Below are positions 23,288-33,864 of a stretch of 64,000 bases of DNA, piece after piece. The position numbers were made by a program, and so were the translations under genes. Numbering within the stretch: the first letter of the stretch is position 1; every line of letters begins with the position of its first letter. Below the pieces are notes generated by a model that saw only the letters and a program-made list of their open reading frames with translations, did not search any database and was not told where the DNA came from. The DNA is from Nitrospiraceae bacterium. Lineage in GTDB: Bacteria; Nitrospirota; Nitrospiria; Nitrospirales; Nitrospiraceae. Location of the stretch: the NCBI GenBank assembly GCA_050246315.1, contig JBFWWG010000005.1, positions 160,001-224,000 on the forward strand, written 5' to 3'.

Positions 23288-23590
23288 CTATTTTGCCTGT
23301 GGCACCAGCAGCTTCTCTCCCTTCCTGAACACCCCATAGATGGCGTGTGAGGGACAGGAGTCCAGGCAGAGGCGGCAGCTTTCGAGGCAGCGCGACGCAT
23401 CGAACTTGAACGGAGGCGTGGACAGCCAGGCGCCGGTCGGGCAGATCGGCACACAGATCGCTTGGTGCGTGCAGCGGTCGGGGTGGCGGACCAGATGATC
23501 ACGGACAACCATCATCGGTTTGACTCCTTCAAAAAGTGCCTGCGAGAAGATCTCGAACATGTTCTTGGTGTGGAATTCGTTCACGTCCAT
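23288..23590 (-). CDS. Dicluster-type ferredoxin
   Basis: CTHQAICVPICP and CLESCRLCLDSCP. Confidence 0.85.
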   Translation of the reverse strand: MDVNEFHTKNMFEIFSQALFEGVKPMMVVRDHLVRHPDRCTHQAICVPICPTGAWLSTPPFKFDASRCLESCRLCLDSCPSHAIYGVFRKGEKLLVPQAK

Positions 23591-23994
23591 TCCTTGACCA
23601 GAGCCCTCAACCGGTCCTTCAATTCAGGAATCTGTTCCAGATTGTTCTGGATCGCCCCGAGAATTTTTTCCAACCTGGCGGCGCGGAGAGCGTCGCGGTC
23701 CTTCTGAGCGAGCCGGTCATACTCAGCATACGCCTGCTGATGTTTCTCCACCAGATACGAGCGCGCCTGTTTCAAACCCTCCCCGATCTCCCAGGGCTCG
23801 GGCGCAAGCGGCGGAGCCAGAGCGAACGACCCGTCGGTGAACACCAACACCACCGCGCCGGGTTTTCCGCCCAGTGGTGCAATAGCCTCAACCGTCCTGC
23901 CGCTGAGCTGAGCCCAGTCCGTCACCAGGCCGGGGAAGCGCTTCATAAACGCCACCTTCTCGGCGTTCGCTTTCCATTTGTCCTCGGTGGCCAT
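23581..23994 (-). CDS. Hypothetical protein
   Basis: 137 aa; overlaps the ferredoxin start; helical C-terminus. Confidence 0.7.
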   Translation of the reverse strand: MATEDKWKANAEKVAFMKRFPGLVTDWAQLSGRTVEAIAPLGGKPGAVVLVFTDGSFALAPPLAPEPWEIGEGLKQARSYLVEKHQQAYAEYDRLAQKDRDALRAARLEKILGAIQNNLEQIPELKDRLRALVKEWT

Positions 23995-24023
23995 GGGGGC
24001 GGCGCGGGCAAGCCGCGGACAAC

Positions 24024-24374
24024 TTACAGATGAGGAAGTCCGGGCGCCGTGCCCGGTTGATGGTTGGGCATCAACAGCCGTTCGACAATCTCGCCCTTGA
24101 CGATATGACGTTCCATGATTTCCGTGACGTCTGCCTCCGAACCCACCCAATACCAGACCCCTTCGGGGTAGATCACCACGCTGGGGCCGTATTCGCAGTG
24201 GTCAAGGCACCCAGCCTTGTTGGCCCGGACCAACCTCTTGAGTCCGAGTCTCTCGACTTCCTTCTTAAAAAAGGCATGCAGCCTCTCTGAGCCCTGATTG
24301 GCACAGCAACCGCGCGGGTCGTCCTTGGGTCGCTGATTGATACAGATGAAAATGTGATGCTTGAAGCCCGACAT
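24024..24374 (-). CDS. Thioredoxin-like [2Fe-2S] ferredoxin
   Basis: HIFICINQR..GCC..RANKAGCLDHCEYGP..YPEGVWY. Confidence 0.92.
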   Translation of the reverse strand: MSGFKHHIFICINQRPKDDPRGCCANQGSERLHAFFKKEVERLGLKRLVRANKAGCLDHCEYGPSVVIYPEGVWYWVGSEADVTEIMERHIVKGEIVERLLMPNHQPGTAPGLPHL

Positions 24375-24392
24375 GGCGTCTCGAAAATGTGC

Positions 24393-24770
24393 TCAGGCCG
24401 GCTGCGACTGCGAGAGTGCTTGAATGTTGCCGAGCAGGTGCGCGACATCTCCCGTGGCGAGCAGGGCGTGAGGCGCTGCGGAGGCGTTCAACAGGGTGAT
24501 GATCTCGCGCAGACGCAACAGGGCGCGCTGTAGTTCATCAGGGCGATCGAGCATGGATCCGTTGCGCTGCTGAAGCTTTTCGAACTCGCCGCGGATGTCC
24601 CGATAGTCGCGCTGCATGTTTTTTTGCATGGAACAGGGCTCGCAATACCATTTCGGGCTTTGATCGGCCGACGGGGAAAGCCGATCATAGGGACGTCCGA
24701 AAAAGTCTTTTCCAAGCGAGAGTTTCATCAAGGGGCCCTGTTGAGCCCCACATCCGTCACAGGTTGTCAT
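24393..24770 (-). CDS. Hypothetical protein with two CxxC motifs
   Basis: CDGC...CEPC followed by a helical region. Confidence 0.7.
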   Translation of the reverse strand: MTTCDGCGAQQGPLMKLSLGKDFFGRPYDRLSPSADQSPKWYCEPCSMQKNMQRDYRDIRGEFEKLQQRNGSMLDRPDELQRALLRLREIITLLNASAAPHALLATGDVAHLLGNIQALSQSQPA

Positions 24771-24977
24771 CGTCGCGATCCTTCATCCGGTGAGATGACC
24801 GGAGCGCCGCTCCAGTCACGATGTCAGGGGAGTGTACAACAGGGCTTTCCTGACTGTCCACCGAGCCGGATGCCCCGTCGTCTCCGTCGGATACCGCGAG
24901 GGCGCTGTGCTTCAGAGCCGAGCAAGGAGGGCGTATAATAGAAATGAGTAACGGTACGCAACGCCCGGGAGGTGCCG

Positions 24978-26081
24978 ATGATCATCGGGATACCCAAAGA
25001 GATCAAGGATCATGAATATCGGGTCAGCCTCACGCCGGATGGCGCCAGGACGCTCGTGGGTCTTGGCCATCGGGTGCTGGTAGAACCCTCGGCCGGGAAC
25101 GGCTCTGGATTCTCAGATGAAGAGTATCGAAAGGCTGGCGCGCAAACCGCTCGCGATAAGACTCATCTGTTCGCCGAGGCCGAGTTGATCGTCAAGGTGA
25201 AAGAGCCCCTGCTGGACGAGTGTTCGTTGTTCCGTCCGCGACAGGCGCTCTTCACCTATCTCCATCTGGCCTCGTTGCCGGCGTTGACCAAAGCGTTGCT
25301 AGACGCGCACGTGCTGGCTATCGCCTATGAAACGACGGCCTTGGCCGACGGCAGCCTACCGATGCTGAAACCGATGAGCGAAATCGCCGGCCGCATGGCC
25401 GTGCAGATCGGTGCGCACTATCTTGAGGGGCTTCAGGGAGGCCGAGGCCTGTTGCTCGGAGGAGTGGCCGGGGTAGCGCCAGCACATGTTGTGGTGTTGG
25501 GGGCCGGGGTGGTGGGCAGCGCCGCCACGCAAATCGCCGTGGGAATGGGCGCGAGGGTGACCGTGATCAATCTGGATCTCGAACGGCTGCGGGCGTTGGA
25601 TGCCCTCTACCGCGGCCGCATCGTCACGCTGGCGCCCAATCAATGGGCGATCGACCAGGCTGTGCTGGAGGCCGATTTGGTGATCGGTGCCGTCCTGGTG
25701 CCGGGAGCCAAAGCTCCCAGGCTGGTCAGTCGCGCCGTCGTCGAGAGGATGAAACCCGGCTCGGTCATTGTCGATGTGGCGGTCGATCAGGGTGGTTGCA
25801 TCGAAACGATCCGTCCCACTACCCACACGGATCAGGTCTATAAGGTTGGCGGTGTCCTGCACTACGGCGTGCCGAACATGCCGGGTATTGTGCCGCGAAC
25901 CTCTACTTTAGCCTTGACCAACGCCACCCTGCCCTTTATAGTCCGCCTTTCGTCGGAGGGACCTGAACGGGCGATCCGTTCGGAGCCCGCCTTGGGCAAG
26001 GGCGTTAATCTGATCGACGGGAAAGTCGCACACCGAGGCGTCGCGGAAGCGCACGGTCTCCCATTCGAGCCCTTGACCTAG
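24978..26081 (+). CDS. ald: Alanine dehydrogenase
   Basis: [48 protein letters not shown]. Confidence 0.97.
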   Translation: MIIGIPKEIKDHEYRVSLTPDGARTLVGLGHRVLVEPSAGNGSGFSDEEYRKAGAQTARDKTHLFAEAELIVKVKEPLLDECSLFRPRQALFTYLHLASLPALTKALLDAHVLAIAYETTALADGSLPMLKPMSEIAGRMAVQIGAHYLEGLQGGRGLLLGGVAGVAPAHVVVLGAGVVGSAATQIAVGMGARVTVINLDLERLRALDALYRGRIVTLAPNQWAIDQAVLEADLVIGAVLVPGAKAPRLVSRAVVERMKPGSVIVDVAVDQGGCIETIRPTTHTDQVYKVGGVLHYGVPNMPGIVPRTSTLALTNATLPFIVRLSSEGPERAIRSEPALGKGVNLIDGKVAHRGVAEAHGLPFEPLT

Positions 26082-26112
26082 CCGTTCTCTATGGTTTAGG
26101 AATTTGCCTTGT

Positions 26113-26765
<653 letters not shown>

Positions 26766-26994
26766 CAGTGATCCCATCGTCGTCAACCAGTCTTGCCTCA
26801 CACTCTCCATGATGCGTACAAACCATCAGTCTGTGCCCTAGCCCCCATCTGAGCAGAGAAGGGCCTGGACATGGTACCGTGTCGTTGGCCACCTCATGTG
26901 GAACGATGCGCGTCAGCTCGCCTCTGTGACCGCACGAATCGCCCATTTGCTTGTGCCAGGAGGATGTTGTGCTAATCTGCCAGGAGCATTGACC

Positions 26995-27276
26995 ATGAGC
27001 GAGTTGATTCGTGCGCGTGTGCTGGTAAGTGGAATTGTACAGGGAGTGGCATTCAGGGCATTTACGCAGCGTCAGGCCCTTCGTCTGAACCTTCATGGTG
27101 GTGTCCGGAATCTGGACGACGGCCGCGTGGAAGCCATCGTCGAAGGCTCGCGGAAGAACGTGGACGCGTTGATCGTGTTGCTGGGGCAGGGGCCGCCTAT
27201 GGCCAAGGTCGAGCGGGTGGAGGTCGAGTGGAGTTCACCGGCCGGCAGTGAGCAACCCTTTCAGATTTGGTACTAG
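26995..27276 (+). CDS. acyP: Acylphosphatase
   Basis: SGIVQGVAFR, GGVRNLDDGRVE, GPPMAKV. Confidence 0.93.
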   Translation: MSELIRARVLVSGIVQGVAFRAFTQRQALRLNLHGGVRNLDDGRVEAIVEGSRKNVDALIVLLGQGPPMAKVERVEVEWSSPAGSEQPFQIWY

Positions 27277-27700
27277 CAGGATGTTGAAACAGTCCGCCAG
27301 CTTTGTTGGGGTACCCACTGTTGTACGTTCGTCGTGCCATGAGTCTCATGCGATGAGGCTCACCCTGAAGGTGTTTCTCCGTTTACCAAGATCAATCCGA
27401 CGAGCGAACGGATCACACGAACTGCGGATGAGACACGAAGCTTCCTTGTGGATTGCTCCAGCGGCGTCAATAGGGACGGGCTTTGCCTGATGAGCCGTTG
27501 GTTCACACGACGTGCGGTGTGCGCGCCTCACCACTTCGCTGGCTGCGCTCGCGAATGTAGGAAGGCGCGTCTCGGCGCAACGGGGTCGGGCAGGTGAGAA
27601 TACCGGCCTCTGTGAACATCCTGTGGGCTCTTCCGACTCCATGTGCGAGCGAGTGCGGGTCTATGATTGCAGGAGTGCCAAACAGTTTTTCAACGGCCTG
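27277..27700. mobile_element. MITE-like element A (424 bp), carrying two structured repeat units
   Basis: TIR CAGGATGTTGAAA / TTTCAACGGCCTG flanked by CTAG (27273-27276 and 27701-27704); internal second end GAACATCCTG at ~27614-27623. Confidence 0.8.
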
Positions 27701-27704
27701 CTAG

Positions 27705-27862
27705 AACCTATCTCAAAATCAAGAAAGCTCACTTCTGACGATAGTCGGTTGGGCAAATTAAGAGTTCTTAGGCGCGTTTCACAGGAAAACATCAATTCGT
27801 TGATGACTCAGGAACCTCTTGGAAAATGCATTCCCGCTCGACAAGCAATTTTGAGATAGGTT
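27705..27862. mobile_element. MITE-like element B (158 bp)
   Basis: Perfect TIR AACCTATCTCAAAAT / ATTTTGAGATAGGTT flanked by CTAG; AT-rich interior. Confidence 0.85.
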
Positions 27863-27866
27863 CTAG

Positions 27867-27968
27867 TGTCCTGTCTCTGAAATTCGTCGAAGAAGTCCAG
27901 CATATGAAGTTGTCATCAATCAAGCAGTTGGCTACTAAAATTATGATGAGAACTTCGGAGTCAGGACA
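27867..27968. mobile_element. MITE-like element C (102 bp)
   Basis: TIR TGTCCTGTCTCTGAAATTC / GAACTTCGGAGTCAGGACA (16/19) flanked by CTAG. Confidence 0.8.
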
Positions 27969-27972
27969 CTAG

Positions 27973-28131
27973 CCTGCGTTATTCATGACGGTTCGTTGCG
28001 AAATGGTAGGGTCGTATTGCGAGACGAGCGGCGAGCCCGCCCGCTTGCGCGCCGAAACTCCGTACGCGGGCTTGTCGCAGCAGCGAACCCGCAATTGTAA
28101 TTGTAGTGGAACCGTTCATGAATAAGATGGG
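27973..28131. mobile_element. MITE-like element D (159 bp)
   Basis: TIR CCTGCGTTATTCATGACGGTTC / GAACCGTTCATGAATAAGATGGG flanked by CTAG (27969-27972 and 28132-28135); palindromic interior. Confidence 0.8.
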
Positions 28132-28163
28132 CTAGCCCCGTCGAGAAGCGAGCACAGACTTCC

Positions 28164-29120
28164 ATGGCCTATGCAAACAGGAAGCGCGCTCGGGCCGTCG
28201 ATGCTGACGAGGACCCGGCCATCGGCGACGAAGACGGTACAGACGGATCGGAGACCTCAAAGGGACGCGGCCGAGGCGAAGGTCGCTCGGAGGGACTGGA
28301 TACCGTCAAAACCTACCTCCGTGAGATCCGCAGTTCCACGTTGCTCAACTTCAAGCAGGAACAAGAGCTCGGCAAGCGGGTCATGGCCGGCGATGAACAG
28401 GCCAGAACCCAGATGATTGAGTCGAACCTGCGGTTGGTGATCAGCATTGGCAAACGCTACATGAACCGTGGATTTCCCTTCGCCGACATCGTCGAGGAGG
28501 GTAATCTTGGGTTGATCAAGGCCGTCGAGAAGTTCAATTACAAGCGTGGGTTCCGCTTCAGTACCTACGCGTCCTGGTGGATTCGCCAGTTCATCGAGCG
28601 GGCGATCATCAATCAATCGAAACTGGTGCGCCTGCCCGTTCATGTCGTCGAACGGCTGAATCGGTACCTCGGGGATGTCGAAAAGCTGGTTCGGGAACTC
28701 GGTCGGGAGCCGACGATTGAGGAGATCTCCCTGCGCACCAAGCTACCGAAGGAAGATGTGGAGGACCTTAAGCAGTTGATCCGGACCACCTGTTCCCTGG
28801 ACAGTCCCATAAACGATCGCAGCGATACGTTTCTTCGCGACGTGATCGAGGATCCCGGCGTAGTGTCGCCGGCGGATAGCGCAGAGGGGATTCAGAGGCG
28901 GGAAGAGCTCATGAACTGGGTCCGCCAGCTTCCCGACAAAGAACGGATGGTGGTGATCTCGCGTTTTGGACTTGATGGAGGGGAGGCAAAAACGTTAGAA
29001 GAGATCGGCCGCGAACTGGGATTGACCCGCGAGCGGGTCCGCCAAATAGAGATGGCGGCGCTGGGAAAAATCCGGGCGGCGATGGAACGGAAGACCATCA
29101 GGCAGGATGACCTCCTGTAG
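28164..29120 (+). CDS. RNA polymerase sigma-70 factor, RpoS/RpoD family (no region 1.1)
   Basis: [51 protein letters not shown]. Confidence 0.95.
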   Translation: MAYANRKRARAVDADEDPAIGDEDGTDGSETSKGRGRGEGRSEGLDTVKTYLREIRSSTLLNFKQEQELGKRVMAGDEQARTQMIESNLRLVISIGKRYMNRGFPFADIVEEGNLGLIKAVEKFNYKRGFRFSTYASWWIRQFIERAIINQSKLVRLPVHVVERLNRYLGDVEKLVRELGREPTIEEISLRTKLPKEDVEDLKQLIRTTCSLDSPINDRSDTFLRDVIEDPGVVSPADSAEGIQRREELMNWVRQLPDKERMVVISRFGLDGGEAKTLEEIGRELGLTRERVRQIEMAALGKIRAAMERKTIRQDDLL

Positions 29121-29134
29121 AACTCGATCGCCAC

Positions 29135-29650
29135 GTGAACTATAAAGCGCTCATCCGGGAAGTCCCGGATTTCCCCAAGCCAGGCATCCTCTTCTACGAC
29201 ATCACAACCCTCCTGAAGGATGCAGCGGCCTTTCGGGCTATCCTGGCCGAGATCCAACGTTCCTTTGATCACGATCAGGTCACAAAAGTTGTCGGTATCG
29301 AGTCCCGCGGGTTTATTATGGGTGGCGTGCTGGCGGCCCAGCTCAATGCCGGGTTTGTGCCGGTTCGGCGGCCAGGCAAACTACCGGCCGATACCTTCGA
29401 GGTGAAGTACGATCTCGAATATGGATCCAACTCGCTGGCCATCCACCGGGATGCCATTCTTCCGGGTGAACGCGTCTTGATCGTGGATGACCTGTTGGCG
29501 ACCGGAGGCACTGCGGAAGCGACGGTGCATCTGGTGGAGCAGTTGGGAGGCCAGGTGGCCGGATTGGGGTTTCTGGTAGAACTCGAATTTCTGAAGGGCC
29601 GGGAACGGCTACAGGGCTATAACCTGTTTGCCGCGGTGGCCTATCCATAA
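29135..29650 (+). CDS. apt: Adenine phosphoribosyltransferase
   Basis: [34 protein letters not shown]. Confidence 0.97.
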   Translation: MNYKALIREVPDFPKPGILFYDITTLLKDAAAFRAILAEIQRSFDHDQVTKVVGIESRGFIMGGVLAAQLNAGFVPVRRPGKLPADTFEVKYDLEYGSNSLAIHRDAILPGERVLIVDDLLATGGTAEATVHLVEQLGGQVAGLGFLVELEFLKGRERLQGYNLFAAVAYP

Positions 29651-29794
29651 CCGCCAACCCTGACTGGGTGCGGGCTTCTCGATTGGGAGGAGCCAGAAGT
29701 ACCGGCGGATCGCGCCCTTGTAAAAGGTAAGACGGCGTGTTATAGATTCCGATCTTTTTCAGCCCCCACGCGCAACGCCTCACATGAGGACCCC

Positions 29795-30376
29795 ATGGCG
29801 GCGAAGGCTCAATCCAAGAAGCAGGTCACTGAGAAGGCAAAGCAACCGATAAAAGCCATGAGTAAAGCCAAATCGACATCCCCAACGAAAGAATCTCTCA
29901 GCAGCAAGGAAGCGACGAGGACAGATCCAGTTCCGGTCGAGCCGGACTCTGAGGCCAAACCGAAGCGGGCGGTCATGTTGACGCCGGATCAGCAAGAACG
30001 GTACGACTCATTGCACCGGATGTTGATGACCAAGCGGCAGGAGATCCTCAAGGAAATCGGGGGCAGCTTTGGACAGTCCGTGACCGAAGATCAACAGCAG
30101 CGACTGGAGTCCGCCAAGGACGTCGGCGATCAGGCCCTGATGGACTTGGAACGCGAAGTCGGGATCTCCCTGATGGAGATGCGCAATCGCAAGCGTCAAA
30201 TGATCGACGAAGCGGTGGCGCGGCTGCGCGACGGGTTGTACGGCATTTGCGCCGAATGCGGAGTGGAGATCAGTGAACGACGGTTGGCCGTCATGCCGTT
30301 TGCAAAGCTCTGCGTGGAATGCCAGGCGCGACAGGAATTGTTGGAACGAATTGAGAAGGAAGAGGAGCGGGACTAG
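29795..30376 (+). CDS. dksA: DksA/TraR family C4 zinc-finger protein
   Basis: Coiled coil with DVGDQA tip (DxxDxA), YGICAECG...RL...LCVECQ. Confidence 0.88.
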   Translation: MAAKAQSKKQVTEKAKQPIKAMSKAKSTSPTKESLSSKEATRTDPVPVEPDSEAKPKRAVMLTPDQQERYDSLHRMLMTKRQEILKEIGGSFGQSVTEDQQQRLESAKDVGDQALMDLEREVGISLMEMRNRKRQMIDEAVARLRDGLYGICAECGVEISERRLAVMPFAKLCVECQARQELLERIEKEEERD

Positions 30377-30566
30377 CGGGGTGCATCGCGCCTCCGTTTG
30401 TTAGAGACCTGGTTCCGTCCCTTGTTCCAGACGTCAGTCCCAGTGCCGCCCCGCCTTCTTGGCTGCGTTCCACCCGATGCAGACGGTTGATTTAGCCCTT
30501 GACGGCATGTGAGTCTCTGTTCCGTCGATGACGGGACGCCCCTCGTAGTCTCGACCGAGACCAGAC

Positions 30567-31250
30567 ATGAAAGCCGTTGTTCTTGCGAGCGGCGGGCTGG
30601 ATTCCACAGTCGCCGCGGCCCTCGCCAAAGATGAGGGACACGAACTCTTCTTTCTTACGGTGCAGTATGGGCAGCGTCACGAGATCGAGGTCGCACGGGC
30701 CTTGGCCGTCGGCCGGGCGCTAGGGGTGGCGGATCACCGGATCGTCCAACTCGACCTTCGTTCTATCGGGGGGTCTGCCCTGACCGGCGACGCGGAGGTC
30801 CCGAAGGGACGATCCGCTGCCGATCGGGCGGCTGGCATTCCGGTCACCTATGTGCCGGCGCGCAACAGCCTGTTCTTGGCCCTGGCCTTGGGATATGCCG
30901 AAACGGTTACTGCCCAACAGATTTATATCGGTGCGAACGTGGTGGACTATTCCGGCTACCCGGATTGCCGCCCCGAGTTCTTGCGCGCGTTCGAAGAGAT
31001 CGCCCGCTTGGGAACCAAGGTCGGCGTGGAAGGGCAAAGAATCGAGATTTGCGCGCCGTTGCTCCAAAAATCCAAGGCCGAGATCGTCCGGATCGGCATG
31101 GCCCTACAGGCGCCGTTGCACCTTACCCACAGTTGTTACGATCCCTCTTCGGACGGGACGTCCTGCGGGCGGTGCGACAGTTGCCAGATTCGTCTGGCAG
31201 GATTTGAGTCGGCAGGGTTCACCGATCCCATCGCCTATGCCGATGTCTGA
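30567..31250 (+). CDS. queC: 7-cyano-7-deazaguanine synthase
   Basis: SGGLDS, YGQRH, TYVPARN, YPDCRPEF, SCY..CGRCDSC. Confidence 0.97.
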   Translation: MKAVVLASGGLDSTVAAALAKDEGHELFFLTVQYGQRHEIEVARALAVGRALGVADHRIVQLDLRSIGGSALTGDAEVPKGRSAADRAAGIPVTYVPARNSLFLALALGYAETVTAQQIYIGANVVDYSGYPDCRPEFLRAFEEIARLGTKVGVEGQRIEICAPLLQKSKAEIVRIGMALQAPLHLTHSCYDPSSDGTSCGRCDSCQIRLAGFESAGFTDPIAYADV

Positions 31251-31259
31251 GGAGTCAGT

Positions 31260-31445
31260 ATGAGCGTCTCGCCTGAAGAGTTTTTCATGTACCTGACGAT
31301 CGGGCTCATCGTCGTGATCCCCGTGTCGGTGCGAATCTATCGCCGCCTCACCATGAATCGCACGGCGCAGATGCTGAAGGAAGAGTTTGGCGTGGACCCG
31401 GACTCGCCTGCTTCCGATACATCGACAGACTCGAAGCGATCCTAG
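31260..31445 (+). CDS. Small single-TM hypothetical protein
   Basis: RBS GAGGAG; one TM helix; 61 aa. Confidence 0.65.
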   Translation: MSVSPEEFFMYLTIGLIVVIPVSVRIYRRLTMNRTAQMLKEEFGVDPDSPASDTSTDSKRS

Positions 31446-31873
31446 CCCACATTGATTCATAACCGCCTCGACGGCAACCACGATTCGACCGGGTGCTCTT
31501 CTCCATGTAATGAGTCTACGATCTCGATATGAACAGGTGAAATGTCACGAACCAGCATGAATCATGGAAGCCAATCCGCATTATTCATGAACGATTCTAC
31601 TGCGACTGCGTATACGCCGCCGCGACAAGCCTGGCCAGTCGAAGGGATTTCTCCGGCGGCGACAATGAAGAGGGGCTCGGCCCGACGAGCCGTCGGCTCA
31701 CATGAAGTGCGGTATGGCGCACGGGCTCACCACTGGCGACCCCGACATACTGTTTCAAGTATGCCGTGGTCTCTCGTGGCTCCGCGTGGGGGTACCCATT
31801 GCTTTTCCGATACAATGGGTCCAACGCGTGGCGTCTCCGGACTTTCGTCACGAATCTTCATGAATAATGTGGG
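31446..31873. mobile_element. Family-D MITE-like element(s), probably two tandem copies; carries one structured repeat unit (31648-31717)
   Basis: CTAG-CCCACATTGATTCATAA ... TTCATGAATAATGTGGG-CTAG; internal CATGAATCATGG/CCAA/TCCGCATTATTCATGAACGATTC junction at ~31556-31597. Confidence 0.78.
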
Positions 31874-31948
31874 CTAGGTACTGGCGGACCCTCTGTTGCT
31901 GAAGAAGATCTGATTCGGACTGATGACAATTTCGGGAGGAGGAGACGA

Positions 31949-32362
31949 GTGATCCGACAGATATCATGCGCCGGTCGGCATCGATCATGGCCATGCGCGA
32001 TCCTCGGACTCGTGGTCGTGGCAGGCGTGGTCAGCCTGCTGGCCGGTGGGTCTTGTGCCAACCAGGAGGCCGGAACGACCCCAGCCGATGTCCAAAAGGG
32101 CGAAGGGCTCTTCAAAGCGAACTGTTTCCGTTGTCATGGAGAGCGGGGAGCCGGTACCGCTCAGGGGCCGCCGCTCGTCCACAAGATCTACGAGCCGAAT
32201 CACCACGCTGACGCAGCGTTTCAGCGAGCGGCCGCCAGCGGGGTTCGGGCGCACCATTGGCAGTTTGGAGATATGCCCAAGATCGACGGCGTGACGCCGC
32301 AGGAAGTGGCGGAGATCATCCGATACGTGCGATGGCTGCAACGCCAGGCCGGAATTTATTGA
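31949..32362 (+). CDS. Monoheme cytochrome c
   Basis: RBS GGAGGAG, signal/lipoprotein peptide, CFRCH, distal DMP. Confidence 0.9.
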   Translation: MIRQISCAGRHRSWPCAILGLVVVAGVVSLLAGGSCANQEAGTTPADVQKGEGLFKANCFRCHGERGAGTAQGPPLVHKIYEPNHHADAAFQRAAASGVRAHHWQFGDMPKIDGVTPQEVAEIIRYVRWLQRQAGIY

Positions 32363-32505
32363 GTCTGGCCGCGAGAGAACTTCGACCAACCGTCCCGTTT
32401 GACAGTCTGATTTTCCGATGCGTAAGCTTACAAGGAACGTTACCGCGGGCGATGTGGGCCGGCGGCTATTGGGCAGAGGACAAGGAGAGAAGAGGCTTGT
32501 GACGC

Positions 32506-32840
32506 GCCTTCTCCGGCTGCCGCAAACCATGTGGGTGGCAACCGATTCAACCGCAGGTGATGGAGGCAAGCGATGCAGACCCGTTACAGTGTTTTTCTCC
32601 GCCCGACATGACCCATGTGATGAGTGGCCGATCCAACGAAGGTTCGTACGGAGAAAGACGAGAGAAATCCTGTGGGGGATGGGCTTCGGCCACCAGGAGC
32701 AATCGAAGGGCGGCTGGTTCAACCGAAGGTTGGATTCAATATGAAAAGAGGCCAAGAAACTGTAGGGTTTCTCCGGCGGCGTCAATGGGGAGGGGCTGCG
32801 CCCAATGTGCCGCCGGCTCAACCGAAGGTTGGTATGGAGG
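32506..32840 (+). repeat. Four-unit array of the structured repeat in the SPFH gene leader
   Basis: CAAC(C)GMAGGT hairpins at ~32548, 32634, 32720 and 32819 (86/86/99 bp period); last unit ends GGTATGGAGG, 5 nt before ATG 32846. Confidence 0.85.
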
Positions 32841-32845
32841 ACCTT

Positions 32846-33688
32846 ATGCGGAATGGAATGCAGGCCTGTGTCTTGACGTCCGCCATGCTGGGCGTGATGA
32901 CCCTCTCCGCGGGCTGCGCCCTCGTGGCGATCGATGCGGGACATGAAGGAGTCATGGTCGAAAAGCCATTCTTCTTCGGACATGGGGGAGTCGATCCCGA
33001 CCCGGTCAAGACAGGCCGCCAGACGGTGGCCATCACGACGCAGGTGATCGATGTGGATGTGCGTCCGATCCAATATTCGGAGCACTTCGACATCATCTCG
33101 TCGGAGAACGCGCCGGTGTCGTTTGACGCCTTCATGATCGCGAATGTGATCGAGGGACGGTCGCCGGATCTCATCAGCCGATTCGGACCGAACTGGTATG
33201 CGAACAACGTGAAGGAGGCCTTTCGTACGATGGTCCGGGAAGAGGTCCAGAAATACCCGCTCTTTCAGTTGACCACTGATCCCACCACCCGGACGAAATT
33301 GCAGGAAGCTATCGCCCAGCAATTGCGCGTGAACTTGCTGGAGAAGCAGAACATCCCGGTTCGTCTCAATCGGGTCGTCGTCGGCAGCATCTTGCCACCC
33401 AAAGGCGTGCTGGAACAGACCGCCCAAACGATCATTCAGGAGCAGCGCCGTATCACGATGATCGAATTCCAGAAAGCCGAAGAGGCCCGGGAGAAGGCCG
33501 AGAAGCAGCGTGGCATCGCAGACCGCGCCTATCGGGAGGCCCTAGGGCTCACCGCGCCGGAATTCGTGGATTTGCGCCGCATCGAAGTCCAGAAGGAGAT
33601 CGTGCAGCATTCGCCGTCGGCCCTGACCGTCATCATGGGATTGGAGCGAATGGGGATCAACCTCCCTCCGTTAGGATCGGAGAAATAA
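32846..33688 (+). CDS. SPFH/Band 7 domain protein (probable lipoprotein)
   Basis: LSAGC, IDAGHEGVMV, C-terminal EQ/EA-rich coiled coil; RBS GGAGG. Confidence 0.85.
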   Translation: MRNGMQACVLTSAMLGVMTLSAGCALVAIDAGHEGVMVEKPFFFGHGGVDPDPVKTGRQTVAITTQVIDVDVRPIQYSEHFDIISSENAPVSFDAFMIANVIEGRSPDLISRFGPNWYANNVKEAFRTMVREEVQKYPLFQLTTDPTTRTKLQEAIAQQLRVNLLEKQNIPVRLNRVVVGSILPPKGVLEQTAQTIIQEQRRITMIEFQKAEEAREKAEKQRGIADRAYREALGLTAPEFVDLRRIEVQKEIVQHSPSALTVIMGLERMGINLPPLGSEK

Positions 33689-33719
33689 CGCCGACCTGTT
33701 GTGGCACGGTGGCGAGATC

Positions 33720-33762
33720 ACACAGAGCCGGGTGAGAGGTGGTCTCTCACCCGGCTCTGTGT
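33720..33762. terminator. Perfect 19-bp stem hairpin between convergent genes
   Basis: ACACAGAGCCGGGTGAGAG-GTGGT-CTCTCACCCGGCTCTGTGT; no U-tract, so its function is uncertain. Confidence 0.5.
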
Positions 33763-33864
33763 CCGTATCGAGCGATCGTTGATCTGGCAGGCTGCGGAAC
33801 AACTCTTTTCGACACCTGCAATCGTCACGGACAACGAGGTTTCAGACGACAATGGCCACCCCGG

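Noticed and set aside
31648..31717. SAM-I riboswitch (GAGGG..GGCCCGAYGA resembles P2)
   Set aside because: No ATC..GAG P1/J1-2, GCAACC or P3/P4 elements, and no sulfur or methionine genes downstream; only the k-turn sub-motif is shared.
32506..32840. Tandem glycine riboswitch or T-box (CCGAAGG, TGG motifs)
   Set aside because: GGAGA/CTCTCAGG aptamer order and the T-box consensus are absent; downstream gene unrelated.
32624..32845. 74-aa N-terminal extension of the SPFH protein in the ORF track
   Set aside because: It merely reads through the repeat array; a good RBS and signal peptide start at 32846.
31985..33427. Long antisense ORFs (also 46724-48397, 51445-52851, 55893-57479, 61842-63098)
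   Set aside because: Shadow frames opposite well-supported genes in GC-rich DNA, with no recognisable motifs.
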